Below, piece by piece: positions 1-12,186 of a stretch of DNA of 64,000 nt (position 1 is its first letter; each line of letters opens with the position of its first letter). Origin of the DNA: Hypanus sabinus (Eukaryota); the NCBI RefSeq assembly GCF_030144855.1, contig NC_082706.1:154752001-154816000 (forward strand), read 5' to 3'. The position numbers and the translations under genes are program-made. The notes below the pieces were generated by a model, which saw nothing but the letters and a program-made list of their open reading frames with translations, searched no databases and was not told where the DNA came from.

Positions 1-1274
1 AGATTTACCTACATTCATAATCTATCCTTTCGTCCATCTTGAAAGCGTACCATTTATTTCATATTGCCTCTTCTAATTTTTTTCTATCAAAAGGCATTTT
101 GCATGAAAGTTCAACTGTTGTGTGCCCACCCATCTTGAAAAGTTATCTGTACCTTCCTAATGATTTTTCTGTCTACCTAGTTGTTCTTTTGATCTCTAAG
201 TTTCATATCAACTGCAGACATTTAAACTGTATCCTCGCCCAGCTTTTCAATTAGTAAAAATTGACTCATGGTTCTCCTATTGACCTCTCAGCAAATATCC
301 CTCCTGTAAAAAACAATTATTCATCATGATTCTTTTATGCTCCTGGCTTATGCCTGTATTATATCCACGGTATTGGTGTCTTCCTCTATCCCATGGGCAA
401 TAATTGTGATAGTGCGTCTACGTCAAACACTTTTTGAAACTCTCATATGAAACACTAGTATTAGTCCTCTCCATTACTTAATTAAAAGTTCTGAACAAGT
501 AATTCAATGACTATTTACCTTTCACAAGTCCACAAATATAGCATTCATTAGCTTATCCACTTCCAAATATAAATTTTGTTCTGTGTTATTGGTTCTTAAG
601 ACTTTTTCACGTTTGACAGGTGGCTAGCCTGTACTTGGCCAGGTCTCTCCCGTTGTAAACAAGAATATAACATTTACAATCATCCAGTCTTCCTGCATTA
701 TCTCTAAAGGGAGAAATTCTATAATTTCATCCTTCTCTTATGATTATGTAATTAAGTACCTCAATACTTGTAAACCTTTGCCAAATGCAAATTGGCTGCC
801 ATGCTTTCCACTCTATAAAGAAGGCAAATAGCAGATTCCCTCTAGATCATTCAGTACAGCTTCTACTTCCTTAAAAATAAGTAGAGAGAAAAATCACAAA
901 AACATTCATGATTGGGTGGTGGACTTGGAAATATAAAAAACAATATTTATGTTTATAAGACCAAAATAATTCACTAATGGGATCTGGCAGTCATGATTAA
1001 AATCCAAAAGACATCAGACCAAAACAGTCCTCTATCAAGAAAACTGGTGTTAAATTGTACAAATAAGGGAACAACGTGCTGATCAGGTGTTGATTAATAT
1101 TTAAAGGACCATGTAATTAGTAAAAACATTAACGAAACAAAAAAATTAAAGAATTTAAAAGCAGGCAGAATGACTACCCAAGTGAGCTTTCAAGAATACA
1201 ACTTTTAACAAAATTGAGGTTTAAAAAATTAGAAAAGCTGAAGAAATTATGGACAGTTGATGAGTTAAACAATC

Positions 1275-1522
1275 ACAAACAAGAGAGAATCTGTAGATAC
1301 TGGAAATCCAAGCAACACACACACACACAAAATGCTGGAGGAATTCAACAGGTCAGGCAGCATCTATGGAAAAGAGTACAATTGACATTACAGGCCAACA
1401 CCCTTCAGGAGGACACAAATACAAGTCCTGCTGAAGGATATAGGTCTGAAACGTCAACTGTACTCTTTTCCATAGATGCTGCCTGGCCTGCTGAGTTCCT
1501 CCAGCATTTTTGTGCGTTGTGA
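1275..1522. mobile_element. Foldback pair of Penelope-like terminal repeats
   Basis: Arm caaaatgctggaggaattcaacaggtcaggcagcatctatggaaaagagtaca and its reverse complement lie about 100 bp apart. The same repeat abuts the GIY-YIG fragment at 57 kb. Confidence 0.7.
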
Positions 1523-3410
1523 GGAGTTAACCTTTAGCAAGGTGGTTTATTGAAGTAAAATGTATGAATCTGATTCAATGTAAAACTGCATTAACTCTAA
1601 ACAGTTCTTGCTCTTTGATAGAACTCTATCTACCTGCATTTTGAGCAATTGCATTTCTTATATTTCAGTGCTAATCAAAAATATAGTTCAAGTTGCAATG
1701 TACAATAACAAATATTCAGAAACTAGTATACTGATGTATTATTATAGCCAGTAAAAACAAAAATATGATAACAGATTCATAACAAATAGAAGTAGGAGTA
1801 ATCCAATCAGTTCTTCTTGTCTTCATTAGAATCATAGCTGATATTTTATCGCAGTGCAATGAGGTGACACTAATCTCTTAACTTACACAAAACTCTATTG
1901 TTCTTTGCCTTAAATTTACTCAGTGATTGCTCTTTTTCCCTCTTGTGCAGAGCATTTTGCAGGTTCATATATACCAGAGGAATTTCTTCTCATCTTCATC
2001 CGGAATGGCCAGGCACTTATTCTGAGATAGTAAGCCTTGGTTCTAAACATCCAAATCCCTGCACCCACACTTTCAAGTCCAGTAAAAATTCAATTTCAAT
2101 AAAAAAAAGTCACAGGCAAAGGAGGTATAATTGTTTCTCATATAACAAACCCACCATTCTAGAAATCAAACTAGATCAATCTAATAATATTTCCTCTGCT
2201 GCCTCTATGTTCCTCCTTTGGCAAGGAAGCCTAATATTCCCAGATGGCGTGTCACCAATACCCTATATAATTAGAATAAGGGGTCTCTACATATTTACTC
2301 AAATTCTCTCATAATAATGGTCAACATACTTTTCGTCTTCCTGTCTGCTCATTTGCAATTTGAATACCTGCTGATTATTAGTAATACTGTAGTTATATTT
2401 TGTGCTTTACACATCCTTTTATAAATGTACATAATAGATTTATGAAAAATAATGATTGCTAATACAACACCTCCTCAAGTCTGAACTCTTCAAAAAAAAT
2501 TGTGAAATATTTATATTCCTTTATATTAAGGTTTGAAGCCAGTTAGCATTCTTCTCTTGCTCATCCTCTTGATGCTGTTTTTGATGTACACAAATGTATC
2601 AAGTCTGGCCAGAATAATATCTATGGCTACCGATCTGAATATTTCCTCTGTTAATTCATGATATCTGCTGTGGAACTTTTGTCGTCTTAGCTCAATATTC
2701 GAAGGCTATTTTGCAAATATGGGTGCTCCAGTGCTTAATTACATGACTTATCCTTTGTCCAGAGTATAATCACAGCAAGGGGTATCCGTTTGTAGTAAGT
2801 GACATTCAGTTAGATTAAAGAAGTTAGAAAAAGTATTTAAATTAACAGCCATATCTAACAAAATAGAAATATTAATGCCTAAGATTAATGAAGGTGAGCA
2901 TCTCCTCTATAGCATATATCTGAATACACCTTCCTTACTCAGTGAGTTTCCAGTTTCTGTTCTTCATTGTTTGCAAACCTTGCACAGAACAATGTTATAG
3001 TCATAGACTTGAACAGCACAGGAATGACCCCTTAGCCCAACACATGCACGCCAACCTTTATGTTCATCCTCTCTAATGCCATTTGCCTATTTAATAGTAT
3101 TTTAAAAGCCTCTTAAACATCGTGATTGCACGTGATGGCACCTCTTCCTCTGGCATAGTTCCAAATATCAAATATATTGGCCTTCGTACAGTGTAAGGTG
3201 CAATGTTCCTGCTTCTACTGCAGTGCATAGTGCAACGTCCCTGATGCAGTGGCACATTACAACGTCCCAGTCTCTGGTACCCTACTCTGTACACCATCTC
3301 TTCCCCGGTGCTGTGTATAGTGCAATGGTTCAGTGCAAATGTCGCTCTGTCTTATACCGTGTAGCACGCCACGACTATCTTCCAGCCACTGTAGCCTGGC
3401 TACTTCCTAC

Positions 3411-3615
3411 CTCGCTTGTTCTTGGTGCCATTTTTCCGGGCGATCTCCAGCTCTTTTCCAATCCTGCTCTCCAGGTACTCCTGCTTCTTGGTCAACATCT
3501 CCTCCGTCTCTCGCAGACGCTTCAAGGCCTCCTGCGGGCTCGGACCCGGCTTTCTGGAACGGGACGACCTCGAGGAGCTCGAGCCGCCTCGAAAGAAGTT
3601 TGAAAGTTTACTCAT
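3411..3615 (-). CDS. CHMP4C: Charged multivesicular body protein 4C (ESCRT-III, Snf7 family), coding exon 1; the rest of the gene lies left of the window
   Basis: Translation MSKLSNFFRGGSSSSRSSRSRKPGPSPQEALKRLRETEEMLTKKQEYLESRIGKELEIARKNGTKNKR matches the CHMP4 N-terminus (the MSKLxxFF start is 4C-like). Phase-1 GT donor (G|GTAGG) at 3410. Head-to-head with ZFAND1, as in human. Confidence 0.93.
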
Positions 3616-4336
3616 AACGACCAACTGTCGCTACACCGAACAGGGAAAGCGCCGCAGCTCGGGGGTGCCGGTGGTAGTCCACCTGTCACTCAGCGAGGGG
3701 GCGCGGTGGTAGATACCTGACCTGTCACTCACCGTGGGGGCGTGGCTCAACGGCCAATACACGACCGGTCTCTCACAGTGGGGGCGTGGTGGCCGATATT
3801 TGACCTGTCACTCAGCGAGGGGGCCCGGTGGTAGTCCACCTGTCACTCAGCGAGGGGGCCCGGTGGTAGATACCTGACCTGTCACTCACCGTGGGGGCGT
3901 GGCTCAACGGCCAATACACGACCGGTCTCTCACAGTGGGGGCGTGGTGGCCGATATTTGACCTGTCACTCAGCGAGGGGGCCCGGTGGTAGTCCACCTGT
4001 CACTCAGCGAGGGGGCGCGGTGGTAGATACCTGACCTGTCAATCACTGTGGGTGCGTGGCTCAACGGCCAATACACGACCGGTCTCTCACAGTGGGGGCG
4101 TGGTGGCCGATATTTGACCTGTCACTCAGCGAGGGGGCCCGGTGGTAGTCCACCTGTCACTCAGCGAGGGGGCGCGGTGGTAGATACCTGACCTGTCAAT
4201 CACTGTGGGTGCGTGGCTCAACGGCCAATACACGACCGGTCTCTCACAGTGGGGGCGTGGTGGCCGATATTTGACCTGTCACTCAGCGAGGGGGCGTGGC
4301 ATAGCGTAGCGTAGCTGTCCCCTGACAAAATGGCGG
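3616..4336. promoter_or_regulatory. Bidirectional CpG-rich promoter of CHMP4C and ZFAND1
   Basis: About 714 bp separate the two divergent ATGs. GC/CpG-rich. Contains CTGTCA(C/A)TCA, GGGGCGTGG and CCAAT motifs, and a YY1-type AAAATGGCGG overlapping the ZFAND1 ATG (4327-4336). Confidence 0.85.
3670..4297. repeat. Tandem array, 4 x 157 bp, each unit made of four related ~35-45 bp sub-repeats
   Basis: ggtggtagtccacctgtcactc recurs at 3670, 3827, 3984 and 4141. Units are near-identical; units 1-2 and 3-4 share diagnostic variants. Confidence 0.97.
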
Positions 4337-4384
4337 AGTTGGAAATCGGAAAGCAGTGCACTATACAACATTGTCGGCAGTTAG
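4330..4384 (+). CDS. ZFAND1: AN1-type zinc finger protein 1, exon 1
   Basis: MAELEIGKQCTIQHCRQL, resembling human MAELDIGQHCQVEHCRQR. GTAGG donor at 4385. 55 nt. Confidence 0.95.
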
Positions 4385-6371
4385 GTAGGAATCTGGGAGG
4401 GGTAGGGTTAGGAATTTTTACATAGGTGTGTTATTGTTTGTCTTTTCACGCTAAATGTGCAGCGCCTCAGCTTAAGGGCGTCGATTGTGGTTCATGCACG
4501 ATTGCGAAGTATGAGGAAGGGACTTTGATACCGAGGCCACTCTCACCATTGTTACCCAGTGGTCAGAAACTTAATCTTTATCATTAGACAAAATGAGTAC
4601 TAAGCGAAACAATAGAATGAATGACCATCGTTCCCCCTGTACATAATGGCCCACATCTTCTACAGTAAAGTAAAAGTGATAGTGGAATGAACTGGCTGTA
4701 ATTGGTCATTTTCTGGTTTCTGTAGTATACCAAGAGAATTGGAAAACTTTAAATAGAAAGACACAGAAAGCAGGAATTGTGGACCAGTGAGCTTGACGTT
4801 TGTAGTTGGGAATATGTCTATTAATAGCAGAATATTCTAAATTTTAGATGAAGAACTTAAGTGACGGGATATCACAGCTCTAGGGTAATGACTTCAAATA
4901 TCTACCAGTGTCTGAGAGAAAACAAAATTTTATCCTCCGTCATAAATTACCCGCCTCTTACTCTTAAGACTCTGATTTCTGCATCAATGGTCCCCAGTTA
5001 GAGAAAACATAAACAACACTGAGCTCTCTAAGAATCTTACGTTTCGGTAAGAATGTGACGTGGTATTCAAGCTATGCTTCAAGTCTGGAAATTAACATTT
5101 TGCTGGATTTCTTCATTTCCCTACTAATATTAGATCTTTTCAGTTCATCTTCAGTAGTTTCACAGTTATTTGCTTGTGTTACTCATTTTTCTTCCAATAT
5201 TCTAATTTCATCTCTATTTTATTTCATTTGGCACTGTAGTGTCAACTTGCATATTTTACCTAGCTCATTTTATAATTTCTGCAGCAGCAACAGGAGGTTG
5301 GGCAGCATCTGGGCTGGGGGTGGGAGAGAGGGGGGTTGAGGAGGAGAATTGTCGCCATTTTGAGTTGAAACACTGCAGCAAGATTCGGGAGATGCCAGCA
5401 TAAAGAGGAGAGATGGAAGGTGAGACAGGAACCTGAAGTGACAGGTGAAATTTCTGCATTGTATTTCCACTGACTTTCCTTGTTGCATATTGAGTTTTTT
5501 TTTAATAGTTTTTTATTAGATCTCTAAATTTTAATGATTGGAAACTTTTTAAATGATCTTTACTGTGATAATAGGAGGTCCTTGCTCAGAAAAATATCCT
5601 TTCTGCCACACTGATTAAACTTTCTAATATTTTCCTTTTTTAAAGCCATTTATATCTTGCATTTTAGGCTTAGTACCTTTTCACTAAGAGCTTTTGGGTT
5701 GAAGGATTGTGACTTCAAAACCCTTTCTAAGATTTCACAAAAAAACTTGTATATCATGCTTTAAATGAAGTTAATGTAGTTCTATTAAGTTATGTCTTTG
5801 CCTCACTGAAATTATTATTATTCAGATTATATAATTTTATACAGAATTGAAATAAAATGAATAGTTCTGATGTTGATTGAGATTAATTTGTTCGTTACTT
5901 TGAATATGAGTGCCGTCCAGTTCAGTGCTGTTTTCCACATGTCTAATGACTTCCTAACATTTGAAGTGCATTAAATTGTGTTCTCATAGCAATATATTGC
6001 AGGAGAATTAACAAATCAAATTTTCTTTTAAATCAAATAACCATTAGCTTGAACAGAAAGGTAAATTCTGTACATATTAAAAAAAGAAAGAGATGGATGG
6101 AGAAATTTATGAGAACATTTCTTGAATTTGGACATTTAGCAGAAAATCGGTCCAGAGATCCTGAAGAGGGCAGAATCAGGGGAAGTATATTTCCAAATTC
6201 ATACCTTTTATGTGTTTTTATTAAGCTGAAGTCTTAAAAAGTGATTTTAATTCTTCAGAAGTCACTGTATTCCAAACATGAAACTCAGCTGGAAGTGAGA
6301 GAAGTGTTTTGATCTAATTTCCTCTATGTACAGTACACATCCCTAACAGGCTGTAAGTTTGTGTGTTGCTG

Positions 6372-7225
6372 TCATCATCATCATCATCATCACAGCTTGT
6401 CACACCAGACAGCCAGCCACACTAATGCTGTTTGGTTGATGTGGAGCAGGTCCATGTCAGCTAAACCAGGTGAGAGTGGACAGTTCCGCAGAACGTGTTC
6501 AATATTCTGCACCCTTTCGCCATACTCACAGGATTCGCTGGTCTTTAAACCTCACTTCACCATACTGTCTCCCGTCCTACAAACTCCCGCTCTCGCTCTG
6601 TTGAGAGTTCACCACTTCAGCCTGTCAAGCAGTGCCCCATCTGGTAACATTTCTGTGTGGTCTTGCACTGCTTTGTTTGGTGGGGTTCTGGCTTCCGTTT
6701 GTTGCCAATCCTGTATGTTTGGGGGGTATGGTCCATGTGGTAGTTCCTCTACTGTAGCAAAGCTTTTCCTCGATTTTAGGTGGTTGGAAACTGGCACGTG
6801 ATGATGTAGTGGGTGCCGTGGATCCTGTTCTGTTCTGTTTACCTTTTTCAACTTTTGTTATAGTGTGTCTTCGGATCTCTGGGGGAGCAATGCCTGCAAG
6901 TCTGTAAATGATGTTAGTGGGTGTGGAGCGCAGTGTGCCCTTAATTATTTGGCAGGCTTCATCAAGCAACAGATCTGCATGATCTGATCTGCCCCACACG
7001 GGTGCACATTATTCTGCAGCTGCATAGCAGTGCAAGGGCAGTTGATCGAAGTGTGTGAGCATTAGCTCCCCATTTTGTGCCGGCCAATTTTTTTCTTCTA
7101 GAAAGAATTGTGAGAGCCAACATTCCCTCAGAGCTTTTGGATGTGGGTGGCAAATGAGAGCGTTCTATCCAGTGTCACACCCAGGTAAATAGGAGCTGGA
7201 TGGTGTTCGAGCTCCTTCCCACACT
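6372..7225 (-). mobile_element. 5'-truncated non-LTR retrotransposon, Vingi/Ingi-like 3' end with a (GAT)n tail
   Basis: Frameshifted KLAGTKWGANAHTLRSTALAL ... IIKGTLRSTPTNIIYRLAGIAPPEIRR post-RT motifs; (CAT)n microsatellite at 6372-6392. Confidence 0.75.
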
Positions 7226-7527
7226 AGAAGTTGTTGCAGTCAGATTTTATCCTAATTTAATAAATGTTAAGAATATTTATTCAAATATATTAATAATTCT
7301 GCTCCACAACAAATTCATCATATGCTATCAAGTGATCTTTATATTTATTTTATCATAATTTGAGTGTGAATCTATCTCTTTTGAGAAATAACATTTTTTT
7401 CAAAAGGGTGAGAATCATTCCAGGTAAACACTAATGTAATTGGAAATGTCAACATATCTATCAAAAAAAAATGTGAACAGAATAATTAAGTTTTACTCAA
7501 GTAATTTTCTCCTTTACCAACTTTCAG

Positions 7528-7570
7528 ATTTTCTACCATTTGTTTGTGATGCTTGTTCAGGAACCTACTG
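7528..7570 (+). CDS. ZFAND1: ZFAND1 exon 2
   Basis: tttcag acceptor; (D)FLPFVCDACSGTY(C); GT donor at 7571; 43 nt, phase consistent. Confidence 0.95.
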
Positions 7571-7661
7571 GTACAGTATAATACATTATTTTTGGCTACA
7601 TATTGCAAATTGTTATCTCAAATTGTTATCTCAAGCTACTATAACTTTCCTTTTTCTTTAG

Positions 7662-7701
7662 CCTTGAACATAGAAATAAAGATGCTCATGGTTGTTCTGG
7701 G
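7662..7701 (+). CDS. ZFAND1: ZFAND1 exon 3
   Basis: tttag acceptor; LEHRNKDAHGCSG completes the first AN1 finger; GTGAGT donor; 40 nt. Confidence 0.95.
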
Positions 7702-10700
7702 GTGAGTTATTGTGGTCCAAACCCATGTATGTTAACATGGGGTACAGAGGGGCTTCTTTTCTTCTTAAAAATATAACTTAAATTGTTTTCTGTGCCGCAT
7801 TGTTTTGTTGGCTCTATAATGTGTTAGACAGTTTTGAGTAGTAATTAGTTCAATAATTGTTTGTAAGTTGTCTATGTTATATAATTTTTTTGTTCAAAAA
7901 TGCTTTCAGCTCTGTTAAAGCAATATTTCAAACATCTTTTTTATGGTGAATCCTAACGCTCTAAATGTACCAATTAGAACTAAAATATATAATAATTGGG
8001 AAGATTTACTGGGAAACAAAATGTAGTATTTTATTAGTGACATCACCTTTTCTTGTAAAAACACTGTCTCCTTCAAAATGACCTATTTATTTTCTAAACC
8101 ATAAATGAATGGAGGTGAGAGGATCCCCTTGATATAAAGCTGATAGGAAAGATCCAGTTTGTTTCACTTGTAAGTCTACTAATGAGAAACAGGAAACATT
8201 TAGCAGGAAGATAAGAAATTATTACCTAATTTCTCATTTGCTGACAAATGACGTGCATGCAGGAAACACGAAATGGACCTTTTAGTTTTTGGAAAATTAA
8301 AAATGGGAATAACAAAAATGGTTGGCATCTGTCTGTCTTGAAGGACAATGGGTGATGATTATCATCATCACAAGCCTCGGTGGAAGGTATGGCGATTCTG
8401 AGATGCCCAGTCATCAAGATTCCCCCTCTCGGCCTCACCAGTGTAGTCCAAAGGAAGGCTTATGAAGCAATTTGTTTGGCACCAGCTTGGCTGCAGGATG
8501 TTTAATGACATTCAACTGCTTTAGGAGCTCCACTCAGGATTTGCTGTCTGGTTTTCTCTCATTGCCTTTGTCTCTCCAGAGGCTGTCCACAAGGCAGTAG
8601 GGCTACTTACTCATAGCTGAGGATCTGGTTCACAAGCACCAGGGTGTGTCTATGTGCTATGTGTGTAAGGACCAGACCTCCTCCCTGTCCTCTGTAGTTG
8701 AGCCTGGGTTCAAAAGGAGTTCAGTTTCCATGTGTTGCCATCGAGGAGGCACTACATGAGGCTTGCTGTTGGAGAGGCAGGGAAAGGCTTGCACATTCAG
8801 CACTCCTTTTTGCAAGACTGCTAGCCAGCGGTGGAAGCTGAAAGTGAGAGCGACAAGCACTACCCACTGCGCTACCACACGAAACATCACAACCACCATT
8901 TTGATACCAGCAAAAATAAGCATCACATGACTGCTGAGAATTGGCTATATTATCCTGCTATAAACATGATGTCACTTTGATTTGGTAATCTAAAATAAAA
9001 TGTCTACGATATTTGTGTATGGCCATTTACAGGATGCATTGCAGTAAATCACTTAATTTACTTCATGGTACTTAATGATCTCTGACAAAGTAAACCTGAA
9101 CAAGATCATTGGATCACTTCCAAGCCACACTGAGATGTACATTTGTATTTTTTTTATATATTGTTACTGGTCAGTATACTTCAATTCACAGAGCCATCGT
9201 CAGCACAGGAGCAGGGAGGGATCAAGGAAAGTATCCATCACTGTCTCAAAGTCATTTGGAATGAAAATAAATGTTCACTTACCAGTGTCTGTTATTTTAA
9301 AATCAAATGAAATATATAAATATTCTAATGGCTGATTTCATTGAGGCAGAGGCAGAATAACCATAGGAAGGTATGTCCGGGTAGGCACCTGAGTGGAGAA
9401 AATATGTAGCGCCAAACTTCATGTTTGGGTAGATCTTTTAGGAAGTTACAAACCAGTGTGGCTGGATGTGCATATAATTTCACTACAAATAAATAACTAC
9501 CATTGACTAGCGAGTTTGAGCATTAATCTTGTATTGTACCCCTTTCCTCCCAAAACCTTTGATCCAGACTCTTAAAAGACCAATTAATATTCTACAATGT
9601 TGCAGAATTTCCAAGTATCATAATATAATGACGCCAAGCTCCATGACTTTATGCTTTGATTATATTAAAGTTCTGTTCCATATAATTCAAACTGGTTCAT
9701 CACCACAAGGAAAACAAAGACTTTAAGAGAAAGATTCATCACCACCACCATCTCAAAATAGGAAAGCAAAATAAGTATCACATTACTGGTTTAAAACAGA
9801 AGTTATTAAAGATTCTAATTGGTAATTCCCTTTGATAGATTGGTGCTGCCAAAGTCTGATCCAATTAAACATTCTCATTCTGGCTAATACTGTTAATCCA
9901 GAAGGAGAAACTTGCTGTAATATATTATTTCAGTTAGAAGACATGATTTTCAGCGGAATTGGTAAAATTGTGGAATGCAGTTACCATAGCACCAGGAATA
10001 ATAACAGAATGATTTTATAAAAGTTTTGTTATCAGTGTTCATAATTGGAGAGATCATACTTTCAACCTCTTTGCTTTTCAATATGACATTGATTTTCACA
10101 TCTACATTGAGTGGTGTAGAGGTATGTAATGAAGTGGAGTCAGATGCTGCAAAGGAATGGAGTCAACACTTTTCAGCCAGTTTGTCAGCTTTAAACCTGC
10201 CATTACTGACATGAAAATTACTGCCCCTGAGGTTGCTTACTTTAATTACAGTTGTATGGTTAGATGATATTTCTTTCTTTATTTCAATGTATATTTTTAA
10301 ATTAATGGTATATTTTAATAAATTTATCTTCATCACTTTATTTTAAACTTTTATTATCCATTTCAACTGGCTTTAATTGTGCCAAAATTTCAGATATTTA
10401 AAACTAAAAGGTATCTTTGAAAGCAGTGAGCTGTCAAAGGCCCACGGGAATTTTACTTAGGGAAGAGACTTGGGCCTTGTCATCTGAGGCCAGATACCAT
10501 TTGCTATCCATATTGTTTTATGGAAGGGACACAGAATAGGAACCCTTGGCATGGCCTATGCTGATGTTCATATCAAATAAGCACAGAAATAGGATTAGCA
10601 TAGTGGGGTGAATTCTGATGTGGGTTGACTTGACCATAATGTAGCCCAATGTTATGTTTATATAAATCTGCCTTTTTGCTGAGTCATTCAGTTGAAGATC

Positions 10701-10772
10701 AGCCAGTTTCATGTAATAAAGTGCTATAAATAAGGGATCTGAAATAATGAAGGTCTAATATTCAAATTTCAG

Positions 10773-10900
10773 GTATTAATAAGAAAAGAACCAGTTCAGT
10801 CTAAAGGATCTTCATCTTACAGTTGCAGTTTCAAAAGTTGTAAGACAAATGAACTTGTGCCAATAATTTGCCCGGAATGCGATAAACACTTTTGTCTGAA
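10773..10900 (+). CDS. ZFAND1: ZFAND1 exon 4
   Basis: VLIRKEPVQSKGSSSYSCSFKSCKTNELVPIICPECDKHFCL (second AN1 finger); AG acceptor and GTAAGT donor; 128 nt. Confidence 0.95.
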
Positions 10901-10980
10901 GTAAGTATTTGCAGAAGCTGAATTTTGATGAAGGTATTGATTATGATTTGCACTTCAGTATATTGATTTTTTTTGCATAG

Positions 10981-11072
10981 GCATCGACACCAGTCAGACC
11001 ATGATTGTGAAAAGCAACAGGTGTCTAAATCACACTTGGTTGTCATTCAGCAATCAAAAGAAGAGGCTCTTG
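10981..11072 (+). CDS. ZFAND1: ZFAND1 exon 5 (non-canonical GC donor)
   Basis: HRHQSDHDCEKQQVSKSHLVVIQQSKEEAL. The frame-preserving donor is G|GCAAGT at 11073. 92 nt. Confidence 0.88.
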
Positions 11073-11833
11073 GCAAGTATTTACCATATTATAAATAAAT
11101 GGCATTAAAATATATACAGTACACAACCTTTTTTATGGATAATGGATGGATTCTTTTTTAGCCAGCAACTCCATTAAAAAATGCTATCTATCTGAAGCAA
11201 GCATCTGTCATGTTCCAGATTTATAATCTGTAGAATACAGTCTGATGATATACATTGCACTGAATGTCAGGGGACAGTGCGTCTGATCTTCTACAGTATT
11301 TTCATAACACATTGAGCTAAAGGACCAGATGCACTTGATATCTGGCTCCTCAGTAATTGAGCATTCCTCCAATCATTAAAATATGAAAAATATGATGTTC
11401 CCTTCATTTTCTAAATATTTATCTTTCTAAAATTATAAATTTACATAAGGAATTTTAAATGAGTATTCTATAAAAGTACAGTCTAATGGTTTTTAATTAG
11501 TTAAATGTTTTTCAAATATTTCCAATGATTGAAGATCATAGGACAATGGAAAAGGTATTCTGACACCAAAAATCTGTCAGAATGCTGTCAGGGTAGTCCA
11601 GGGCTGCAGTGTTGCAATTCACTGCCTGTACACTCCTTGCCATTTGTGGACTGACTGCAAATATTAGGCCATAAGTGGTTAATGCAAAAGTGATGTGCAG
11701 GTTGAACCAAGCACAATCCATCCCATTATTAAAATGCACACTGTGGATACAGCGTGATTTGTAGTGATTTGAAAGTAAAGGAAAATTATCACACTTTATT
11801 TATGACTTGTTTGATTTTGTTTTAAATCAAAAG

Positions 11834-11952
11834 CCAATCAACCTAACCCAGTGAAGAAAGGAAGAACTGGAGCAAAGAATGATGCAACAGCAGCAAAAGT
11901 TGCTCTGATGAAGTTGAAGCTGCACGCTGTTGGTGACAAGTCCATTCCACAG
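11834..11952 (+). CDS. ZFAND1: ZFAND1 exon 6
   Basis: NQPNPVKKGRTGAKNDATAAKVALMKLKLHAVGDKSIPQ, matching human GAKNSETAAKVALMKLKMHADGDKSLPQ; CAG|GTATTG donor. Confidence 0.93.
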
Positions 11953-12186
11953 GTATTGTCAATTAATCTATTTAAATGAAACCTCATTGAAGTTGCTGTT
12001 CTATCTAGTGTTGTTAATCGATTTTTCCAAATGTGATTTTTAGTGTATTGTTTTTCTTAAAACAGATACATAGTGTAAAAATAAGCAGTGCCAATTGATT
12101 GTTAATCATTTTTTGTGTACATTGGGTATGCAGCAGATGTTCCTGCCTAAAACAAGTGAGAGGTTCATAATATTTAAATAAGACTT

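Noticed and set aside
3223-3712. Overlapping + strand ORFs opposite CHMP4C exon 1
   Set aside because: These are shadow ORFs of a GC-rich coding exon, with no recognisable protein.
3670-4297. Repeat-spacer-like pattern resembling a CRISPR array
   Set aside because: The apparent spacers repeat every 157 bp rather than being unique. The context is a spliced vertebrate locus with no cas genes.
5060-5540. Possible old L1 5'/ORF1 remnant on the minus strand
   Set aside because: There is only a vague coiled-coil-like translation, too degraded to call without a search.
6361-6801. Poly-His ORF
   Set aside because: It is the (CAT)n tail of an antisense LINE read on the opposite strand.
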